34,207 nucleotides of DNA from Candidatus Heimdallarchaeota archaeon (GTDB lineage: Archaea > Asgardarchaeota > Heimdallarchaeia > Heimdallarchaeales > Heimdallarchaeaceae). Positions 1 through 6,768 of this stretch are shown here, in pieces. Location of the stretch: the NCBI GenBank assembly GCA_021399395.1, contig JAAFKJ010000070.1, positions 1 through 34,207 of the forward strand, read 5' to 3'. Below the pieces are notes generated by a model. It ran no database searches, was not told the DNA's origin, and worked only from the letters and a program-made list of their open reading frames with translations. Every line of letters starts with the position of its first letter. The first letter of the stretch is position 1. A program made the position numbers and the translations under genes.

Positions 1-233
1 AAAAATATTTCATCCAGTTCATCATTGTTAACATTCCTTTTATCAATCTGAATGAAATAAAAATCTCTTATTTTCCCCTCTCTATAGAGTAAATTCTCTA
101 ACCGTTCTCCAAACTTATCTTTGAACAGACTTAGAGCTTTCAAAACTGAAGAGTTCTCATCTATCTCTATTTGGACATATCTTTCTTTAGTTATTGTACG
201 CAACTGTCCAAAGCATTGTATAGAAACCTTCAT
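1..233 (-). CDS. MoaD/ThiS/SAMP-family ubiquitin-like (beta-grasp) protein, 3' end cut off by the window edge
   Basis: Not in the ORF track. Manual minus-strand translation from ATG at 233 gives MKVSIQCFGQLRTITKERYVQIEIDENSSVLKALSLFKDKFGERLENLLYREGKIRDFYFIQIDKRNVNNDELDEIF..., matching the MoaD/SAMP pattern (MKVxVxxFxxLR...). TATA-like TTAATAAA at about 253-260. The C-terminal GG is not visible. Confidence 0.8.
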   Translation of the reverse strand, partial: MKVSIQCFGQLRTITKERYVQIEIDENSSVLKALSLFKDKFGERLENLLYREGKIRDFYFIQIDKRNVNNDELDEIF

Positions 234-338
234 GGTAAAGACATCTCAAGAATTTATTAAAAGATTTTGTCGTGTAGTCATATTAAAGTGATGCTGAATA
301 CGTTCAAATTAAGGCTGCAAGTAAGATATTACAGGGGC

Positions 339-345
339 TTTTATA
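339..345 (+). promoter_or_regulatory. Probable TATA box for a leaderless tnpB transcript
   Basis: TTTTATA lies 21-27 nt upstream of ATG 366, typical archaeal spacing. Confidence 0.45.
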
Positions 346-365
346 GAGAAATATGGGTTTACAAC

Positions 366-1676
366 ATGATGACACTAGTTTGGAGAGTAGAGTGTATAGA
401 ATTACCATTTACACCAGCTCTAAGCACACTTTGTCATCAAGTAAAAAATCTCTATAATCGAGCAAATTTTCTTATTAAAAAATCGCTAGATAAGAACAAG
501 AAATTTCTCAGTTATTACGAACTCAACAGTTTACTCAAACCAGAAGAGTGTTATAGAACCCTCCCAGCTCATACAGCTCAGCATACTTTGAAATTACTAT
601 CTAGAAATTGGAAGGCTTATTTTCAAGCATTGAAGGAGTGGAAGAATCATCCTCAAAAGTTCCTAGCTCAACCCCGAGCTCCTAGATACAAGCCTAAAGA
701 TGGAGAAGGGGTAGCGATTGTAACCAACCAACAAACTAGATTGAGGAATAGCTGGGTGATTTTTCCTAAGAAAGTGGGGTTCTACTACAAAACTCGTCTA
801 ACAGCAAGGTGTAAGTTAAAGGAAGTAAGGATAGTTCCAAGAAAGGTAGGGTATACTCTAGAAATAGTGTATGAGAAAATCCTGCCCAAGCAATTTACCA
901 AGCGAACTAGAAAAGGTGCTATCGATTTAGGGACCACAAACCTCGTGGCCTTCGTAGATAACCTCGGGAATCAAGCGATTGTTGTCAAGGATCACGGTAA
1001 AGGTATCAAAAGTATCATCCAATACTATCAGAAAAGACAGAAAGAATTGAAGGCACGGTACGTGCAGCAGCAGAAAAAAATGTTAAAACATCAACAGAAG
1101 TTAGTCTATGGTCCAGCTTATTACAAGCTAAGAGAGAAGTTTCGAAAGAAACTCAAGAATGCTCTCCATCATCTCACTACTTATCTTGTTGAGCTCTTTG
1201 TTGAGCGCGATCTTCATGAGGTGATCATAGGGTATAATCCTCTTTGGAAACAGCAAGTGAACTTAGGGAAGAAGATCACCCAGATGTTCGTCTCCGTCCC
1301 TTTCCTGAAGATCATCCAACAACTGAAGTATAAAGCTGAAGAACGAGGGATACTTGTCGATACTGTTCTTGAAGACTATACTTCCAAAAGTAGTTTCTTG
1401 GACAATGAGTTTCCTCAGAAACGAGCTAAGTATGCTGGAAAACGTCATCCTCGAGGGATGTTCACTTCTAATCTTGGACACAAGATCAACTCTGATGTTA
1501 ATGCTGCCTACAATATTCTGATCAAAAGCGATCCTAATGCACTTCCTTCACGAAGTGTTGATGGGGTAGGAGGATACGTGATGTATCCCCGTAGGGTGTG
1601 TGTAGACCCACCAGGAATGACATGCACATCGACTATGAAACATGCTCAACGATGCTTGGTTAAGATACCAACATGA
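366..1676 (+). CDS. tnpB: RNA-guided endonuclease TnpB (IS200/IS605/IS607 OrfB), rearranged RuvC-II, no zinc finger
   Basis: N-terminal KNLYNRANF motif, RuvC-I AIDLGTTNL, VIIGYNPLWKQ in place of RuvC-II, alternative Glu in LEDYTSK, RuvC-III INSDVNAAYNI. Likely start is ATG 366 or 369 rather than the ORF-track TTG 267, which lies inside the left repeat. Confidence 0.93.
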   Translation: MMTLVWRVECIELPFTPALSTLCHQVKNLYNRANFLIKKSLDKNKKFLSYYELNSLLKPEECYRTLPAHTAQHTLKLLSRNWKAYFQALKEWKNHPQKFLAQPRAPRYKPKDGEGVAIVTNQQTRLRNSWVIFPKKVGFYYKTRLTARCKLKEVRIVPRKVGYTLEIVYEKILPKQFTKRTRKGAIDLGTTNLVAFVDNLGNQAIVVKDHGKGIKSIIQYYQKRQKELKARYVQQQKKMLKHQQKLVYGPAYYKLREKFRKKLKNALHHLTTYLVELFVERDLHEVIIGYNPLWKQQVNLGKKITQMFVSVPFLKIIQQLKYKAEERGILVDTVLEDYTSKSSFLDNEFPQKRAKYAGKRHPRGMFTSNLGHKINSDVNAAYNILIKSDPNALPSRSVDGVGGYVMYPRRVCVDPPGMTCTSTMKHAQRCLVKIPT

Positions 1677-1700
1677 CAAAAACTCATCATTTAAGCTCTT
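1530..1700 (+). ncRNA. Putative TnpB omegaRNA (reRNA) scaffold overlapping the tnpB 3' end, with the guide from flanking DNA
   Basis: Clustered hairpins: CACTTC/GAAGTG (1540-1557), GGATAC/GTATCC (1572-1588), CATCG/CGATG (1627-1654), TTGGT/ACCAA (1656-1671). TnpB omegaRNAs are known to overlap the ORF 3' end and the right end. Boundaries are approximate. Confidence 0.55.
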
Positions 1701-1703
1701 CCT

Positions 1704-2267
1704 TCAACCAAATTTATTCAGGAATTTTTCCTTAATCTCAATAGGTTTCCAAGGTATGTTTTCTAAGTTCTCAACGTCATCTCCAACTACAATATGTAGA
1801 ACAGCTGTTTGGTCACCGGTGAGAAGGATTTCAAAAGCTTCAGACAGTTTTGTGGGACTTTCGATTGCGTTCAGACTCCCGAAGTGTTTGATACCCATCC
1901 CTTCTAGAAGTTTAAGATAATCTAAGGATGAAGTAACTGTTTCTTGCCCACCTGTTGTGGCGTAAGATCCATTGTCAAGGATAATCAATCTAAGATTTGA
2001 AGGAAGGTTGTTTCCGATAGTTGCCAGAGAACTGAGCCCCATCAGGAAATTGCCATCTCCTGTAAAAATTATAACTTGTTTTTTTGGTTGGGCTAAAGCT
2101 AGACCCAAACCAATAGACATTGGTAAACCCATACTTCCTCGAAGATAAATCTGAGGTTGAGGTAAGAAAGTGAATACTTGTCTGCTAACGTTACCATTAG
2201 AACTCACAATTAGGACATCATCTGAAATAGAATCTTTCAAGGCAGCGACCACTTCTTCTCCTCTCAT
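1704..2267 (-). CDS. comE: TPP-dependent sulfopyruvate/phosphonopyruvate decarboxylase beta subunit
   Basis: GSMG and the TPP-binding motif GDGNFLM...IILDNGSYATTGGQ. ATGA overlap with the alpha-subunit gene. Confidence 0.8.
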   Translation of the reverse strand: MRGEEVVAALKDSISDDVLIVSSNGNVSRQVFTFLPQPQIYLRGSMGLPMSIGLGLALAQPKKQVIIFTGDGNFLMGLSSLATIGNNLPSNLRLIILDNGSYATTGGQETVTSSLDYLKLLEGMGIKHFGSLNAIESPTKLSEAFEILLTGDQTAVLHIVVGDDVENLENIPWKPIEIKEKFLNKFG

Positions 2268-2761
2268 TCGCTCAAAACCCCCTTTTCAACAAGAATGCAG
2301 ACAACCTCATTATTCGTTATCATTTCTTCAATAGCTCGATTAATAGTATCTTGCCAATCTTGCTCATACAATATCTCATAAGGGACATTATAGGCGTTCA
2401 AAATTTCTTCAGTAACATCACCCATTATAGAATGCTCAGGGAAGTCAGTATCAGGTTCCAATCCTCTATAGCTAACAAAGAGCAGAAGAGGGATTTGGTA
2501 AAGCTGAGCTAAAGAAGTAAGAGCATCACCAATGGTAGCTAAACCAGAATTTTGCATGATAACAAAAGACTGTTTTCCTCCAAGATAATAACCACAAGAA
2601 ATACCCACTGCTTCATCTTCACGAGTAGCAGAAACATAGTTGATTTTATCACTCTTTTCAAGCTCAATGAATAACTCCTTGAAATATGAACATGGAACTC
2701 CAGAAGCAAGTGTGAAACCATGACCATGCAGATAAGAAATAAGTTCAGCTGAATCTATCAA
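2264..2761 (-). CDS. comD: TPP-dependent sulfopyruvate/phosphonopyruvate decarboxylase alpha subunit
   Basis: GVPCS, TREDEAVG and MQNSGL motifs. TTG start preceded by AGGT. Substrate is uncertain. Confidence 0.8.
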   Translation of the reverse strand: MIDSAELISYLHGHGFTLASGVPCSYFKELFIELEKSDKINYVSATREDEAVGISCGYYLGGKQSFVIMQNSGLATIGDALTSLAQLYQIPLLLFVSYRGLEPDTDFPEHSIMGDVTEEILNAYNVPYEILYEQDWQDTINRAIEEMITNNEVVCILVEKGVLSE

Positions 2762-2840
2762 ACGAATCTACCTTAAGCAAGTGAAAAAACAATCCTAACT
2801 ATATATAATTTGCTTAAAGAAAGTAAGAAGAGTGTAAGAG

Positions 2841-3404
2841 TTACTTATTCTCAACGGTTAAACGTTCAAAATATGCAGAGATATTCTGCACTAAAGTATC
2901 GAAGACCTGTTCGACATTCAACCCTGTCTTAGCAGAAGTTTCCATATAAGGAACATAAAATCCTGACCACTCACTAAGTTGATCAGCATATTCTTGAGCA
3001 TATTCTGCAGGAACAGAATGAGGGGTTGATTCACGAAGGTCTGCTTTATTACCGATTAAAACGATAGGGACGATGCGGTTTTTGTTGTTACGTATTAACT
3101 CATGTAACCAGTTAGGTAGGACTGAATAGGTTTCTGGACGAGAAATATCAAAGACGAGTAAAGCTCCTGCAGTACCTCTATAGTAGACCTCTCGAACTGC
3201 AGAAAAACGTTGTTGACCGGCAAGATCCCAAATCTGAAGTGTGTATTCAGTGTTTTTGGAAACCATCTTTTTGACGGCGAAATCTGCACCAATTGTCATC
3301 ATATATCCTTCTTTGAAAGTCTCTCCTAAGTATGTACGACGAAGGGAAGTCTTTCCGACTGCTCCTTCTCCAAGCAATGAAATCTTGAAAATTCTCTGGC
3401 TCAC
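2841..3404 (-). CDS. Rab-like small GTPase (eukaryotic signature protein)
   Basis: G1 GEGAVGKT, G3 WDLAGQ, G4 NKAD, G5 TSAK. RabF-like motifs IGADF, LQIWD, RFSAV, YYRGT, LVFDIS. No C-terminal prenylation Cys. GTG start after GGTG. Confidence 0.93.
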   Translation of the reverse strand: MSQRIFKISLLGEGAVGKTSLRRTYLGETFKEGYMMTIGADFAVKKMVSKNTEYTLQIWDLAGQQRFSAVREVYYRGTAGALLVFDISRPETYSVLPNWLHELIRNNKNRIVPIVLIGNKADLRESTPHSVPAEYAQEYADQLSEWSGFYVPYMETSAKTGLNVEQVFDTLVQNISAYFERLTVENK

Positions 3405-3557
3405 TCTAACACCATCTCTTCCTATATATTTTGTCCTTTTTTGTTATTTAAACAATATGTTATAGGGAACGCTCAGAAATCTTCCAGTTAGATTTTCTAA
3501 AGAATGTTGGATTAAGGTTTTTCCACAAAAAAGAAATAATAGTAGTTCATAATTGAA

Positions 3558-4022
3558 TTGATGGAATATACTATCAGTCCTATCGGAACAATTGAATCAC
3601 CGTTTGAGGACAATGAAGAAGCCCCTATCCAACCTAGTTTCTCTGATGCTTTTGGAACCATCATCATTAATCCTGAATTTGTTGAAGGTCTTACAGAATT
3701 AGAAGGATTCTCACACATTATCCTCCTTTATTTGTTCGATAGAGCTACAACTGTAGACCTTAAGGTTATACCTTATCTAGATGACACTCCTAAAGGTATT
3801 TTTGCCATTCGTCATCCGAACAGACCCAATAAAATAGGCATGTCGATTGTACAATTAGTAAAAATAGACAAGAATAAACTTTTAGTCAAAGGTATAGACG
3901 TACTTAACCAAACGCCACTGATAGATATTAAACCATTTGTACCCGAATTTGATATTAAGGGGATAGACAATACAGAAATAGGTTGGTTAGCAAAGAAACT
4001 TCGTAACCAAGAAGGTGAATGA
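3558..4022 (+). CDS. tsaA: tRNA (t6A37) N6-methyltransferase TsaA/TrmO family
   Basis: PIGTIESPF, GLTELEGFSHI, GIFAIRHPNRPNKIGMS and TPLIDIKPF are the family signature. Confidence 0.92.
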   Translation: MMEYTISPIGTIESPFEDNEEAPIQPSFSDAFGTIIINPEFVEGLTELEGFSHIILLYLFDRATTVDLKVIPYLDDTPKGIFAIRHPNRPNKIGMSIVQLVKIDKNKLLVKGIDVLNQTPLIDIKPFVPEFDIKGIDNTEIGWLAKKLRNQEGE

Positions 4023-5109
4023 TATAACAAAAGTAGACTGCGCAATAGTTTTAGCTGGAGGAAAAGGTACCAGACTAAGACCTTTAACAACTAACCTCCC
4101 TAAACCATTGGTTCCTGTTACTCTTACTCCTATGATAGATTTTTCAATCAAACAACTGACAGATGCGGGTATATCAAAGATCATAGTGGCGGTCAAATAT
4201 CTAGGAGAGCAAATCAAAGACTATCTACTCTCTTCACCTAAATTTGAGGGGTTAGACATTACTATTCCTGATATAGATCCTATTGGAACAGCTGATGCAG
4301 TTAGAAAAGTTTCCAATTTAATCGATGGAGATTACATTGTTTCAATGGCAGATATTGTTTGTGATTTATCAATCAAACAGATGCAAAAATTCTTCTACAA
4401 AACTGATGCTTATGCTACTATTAGTCTCAAGAATATAGATTTTCCTACAAAGAAATTTGGTGTTATATTATTAGATAAAAATCAGAATATAGATATTTTT
4501 CTGGAAAAACCCAAACCTGAAGAGATGTTATTTACTACAATGGCTTTTGCATATAGACCTGTTGCTGAATTTCATCAAAATTTGGTGAATACTGGTATCT
4601 ATTGTTTCAAAAATGAAACGCTGGAAATACTTGATAGTTTAAGCGATATTAATGACTTTGGTACTGATTTCTTTCCATATCTTTTACAAGAGAAATTTAA
4701 ACTAAATGGATTTATTGACGAATATTATTGGATAGATTGCGGAAATATAAGAAGCTACTTGTGGTCGAATTTTGATATAATGCGGGGATTTGTTAGTGGT
4801 TTTAATCCCCCTGGTAAAAACAAAGATGGAATATATCAAGGAGAAAATTGTTCAATCTCTCCTGATGCTAAACTTATCTCTCCTGTGGTTTTGGGAAACA
4901 ATGTGACTATAGCAGACAATACCTCTATTGGACCATTTGTTGTTCTTCATGATGATGTAAATATCGCTAAGAACTCCAGAGTTGAACGAAGTGTAATTTG
5001 GGAAAATTCTATTATAGATGAAGGTGCAACAATAGAAAAATCTGTTATATGTAATGACATGAAAATTGAAAAAAACAGAACAATAATAAACTATTCTGCA
5101 ATTAGTTGA
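4015..5109 (+). CDS. NDP-sugar synthase (mannose-1-P guanylyltransferase / glucose-1-P nucleotidyltransferase-like) with C-terminal left-handed beta-helix
   Basis: LAGGKGTRLRPLT...PKPL, FLEKP, NTGIY, DFGTD, YWIDCG and a hexapeptide-repeat tail. Overlaps tsaA. Confidence 0.9.
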   Translation: MNDITKVDCAIVLAGGKGTRLRPLTTNLPKPLVPVTLTPMIDFSIKQLTDAGISKIIVAVKYLGEQIKDYLLSSPKFEGLDITIPDIDPIGTADAVRKVSNLIDGDYIVSMADIVCDLSIKQMQKFFYKTDAYATISLKNIDFPTKKFGVILLDKNQNIDIFLEKPKPEEMLFTTMAFAYRPVAEFHQNLVNTGIYCFKNETLEILDSLSDINDFGTDFFPYLLQEKFKLNGFIDEYYWIDCGNIRSYLWSNFDIMRGFVSGFNPPGKNKDGIYQGENCSISPDAKLISPVVLGNNVTIADNTSIGPFVVLHDDVNIAKNSRVERSVIWENSIIDEGATIEKSVICNDMKIEKNRTIINYSAIS

Positions 5110-5131
5110 TTGTAACAGCTGGTTATAGACG

Positions 5132-5767
5132 ATGAAGAAGCTCCTAAACAAACTGACATTCTTTCTGATAGCTCTATTTGTGTTCAATCTCTCAATATCC
5201 CCTACACATGCACAAGCGACAAGCATAACCTTTCGTGATATGGACATAGAACTTGATGATGTGAATAATTATGGTGGAGTGAGAGTAGTTGTATTTTTTT
5301 CTCATACATGCCAAGTGTGCAAAGAAGAAGTCGCTACATTGAAACAGATTGACAATGATTACAATATTAGCATTTTCATGTTAAATTATTTTCAAGCATC
5401 TGAGAACGATACAATTGTTGATTTCATAGATGAGGCCAATGCACCTGATCACTGGATCTATGGTTTCATGACAGATGGAACAATCATTGGTTTCAACATT
5501 GTAAGTGTACCTGTAACAGTAGTGCTAGATGAATTAGGGCGAATAGTTGGAGATATGGTGGGTGCTGTAAGTTACAGATTTTTAGAGAGTGTTGTGATTA
5601 ATGCTATAGAGCAAAATACTGATGAATATTTCACAGAACGACGTGAAGACCCAGGTAGTAACTTAGATGTAATATTCATTGCTGTTGGTGTTATAATTTC
5701 TGCAGTGGTTGTTTACTTCCTTGTTCAATCTATACCCCCAAGAAAGAAAAAAGAAGAACAAGAATAA
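5132..5767 (+). CDS. Exported TlpA/thioredoxin-fold redoxin with C-terminal membrane anchor
   Basis: Signal peptide (MKKLL...THAQA), FFSHTCQVC, cis-Pro motif SVPVTVVLD, and a C-terminal TM followed by a basic tail. Confidence 0.8.
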   Translation: MKKLLNKLTFFLIALFVFNLSISPTHAQATSITFRDMDIELDDVNNYGGVRVVVFFSHTCQVCKEEVATLKQIDNDYNISIFMLNYFQASENDTIVDFIDEANAPDHWIYGFMTDGTIIGFNIVSVPVTVVLDELGRIVGDMVGAVSYRFLESVVINAIEQNTDEYFTERREDPGSNLDVIFIAVGVIISAVVVYFLVQSIPPRKKKEEQE

Positions 5768-6694
5768 TTAAATTTTCGCACTACAACTTTGGCACTTTTT
5801 AGCATCATCATAGACTACTACACCACATTCTGGACAGAAGATTGAGAAATTTTGCTTAATTGGAACCTCAATTACTTTGTCTTGAAATTCAATTAGTTTA
5901 ATTCCCTGGATCTCAGGTAATCCATTGTTCCTCTGCTTTTTATCATGATTCAACAGAAGATGCCCTCTATCTATCTTGCTGCTGTCCTTCCAAATATAGA
6001 TGAAGAAACCTATTGCTATTACTGCTGATATGTACGTCATCACCAGCTCGGAATATATGAAGAATATAATGGCCCATGATCCTCCTAGTTGAGCAAATAT
6101 AAGGATAATGAAGGGAAGTAAATAACGAACGAAAGGATTAACAGCAAATAAGAGATAAAAGATACTTGTACCTGTTGAAACCTCCTTGTATCTCCCTATC
6201 ATGTTAATTAAATTCTTAAGAAGCACAAATCCATAAACATGCAACATTATCATGAGTAAGAATGGAACTGTTAGGTCACCTTGATGACTATAATTTAGCT
6301 CAGCTCTTAATTCTGTGAGTATCTCATACATTGTTACAAATACTCCAGCGCCAATGATTGAAATGAAGATGCGGTTTATTTTTTTCCTGCTTTCCATCCC
6401 CAGATTATTTCTTTTCCAACTCAAAACTTGCAATCCTATTGGAACAAACATTAGAGTAAGGTATGCTGAGTCAACAATTCTCCAAATTCTCCACATAGGT
6501 GCTGTAGGAATTTCTAAAGTAAGAAATAATACTCTGTTAACCATTTCTGAAATATAATAAATCATCATCCCAAACCCTGCTAATTTTAGCCAGAAGAAAG
6601 AGAATTTATCTGTTCCAAAATTATTGGTTGGATACTTCTCTTCATTCACAGAATCAGCTGCAAAATTGTCAGCTGATTGATTTTTATTACTCAT
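5768..6694 (-). CDS. Polytopic (about 6 TM) membrane protein with C-terminal zinc ribbon
   Basis: Six hydrophobic segments and a C-terminal CPECG...CQSC. Confidence 0.7.
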   Translation of the reverse strand: MSNKNQSADNFAADSVNEEKYPTNNFGTDKFSFFWLKLAGFGMMIYYISEMVNRVLFLTLEIPTAPMWRIWRIVDSAYLTLMFVPIGLQVLSWKRNNLGMESRKKINRIFISIIGAGVFVTMYEILTELRAELNYSHQGDLTVPFLLMIMLHVYGFVLLKNLINMIGRYKEVSTGTSIFYLLFAVNPFVRYLLPFIILIFAQLGGSWAIIFFIYSELVMTYISAVIAIGFFIYIWKDSSKIDRGHLLLNHDKKQRNNGLPEIQGIKLIEFQDKVIEVPIKQNFSIFCPECGVVVYDDAKKCQSCSAKI

Positions 6695-6768
6695 CGCTTA
6701 TCGTTTGAACTGCATCTAAAGTACTTATAAATTGTTCTGTCTTTCGGAATATTGACTTAAAACATCTA

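Larger units (their letters stand above)
265..1681 (+). mobile_element. Non-autonomous tnpB-only insertion element with imperfect terminal inverted repeats
   Basis: 265-286 TTTTGTCGTGTAGTCATATTAA matches the reverse complement of 1660-1681 (TTTTGTCATGTTGGTATCTTAA) at 17/22. It encloses only tnpB, looks more GC-rich than its flanks and lies between two co-oriented minus-strand host genes. No tnpA and no obvious target-site duplication. Confidence 0.6.

Noticed and set aside
1-233. The MoaD/SAMP protein as the modifier used by the RING proteins
   Set aside because: It is 14 kb away, and MoaD/SAMP-type proteins work without E2/E3. The sequence does not resemble eukaryote-like ubiquitin.
267-365. 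33-codon N-terminal extension of TnpB from TTG 267
   Set aside because: It covers the left repeat and the TATA box. TnpB-like sequence begins at ATG 366/369.
1263-1920. ORFs 1263-1481 (-) and 1642-1920 (+) as a possible tnpA or accessory gene
   Set aside because: They are antisense shadows of tnpB and comE, with no HUH/Y1, serine-recombinase or DDE motifs.
2773-2817. 8-bp inverted repeat TTAAGCAA/TTGCTTAA flanking the comD TATA box
   Set aside because: Short, AT-rich and separated by a 29-nt spacer, so it cannot be told apart from chance.
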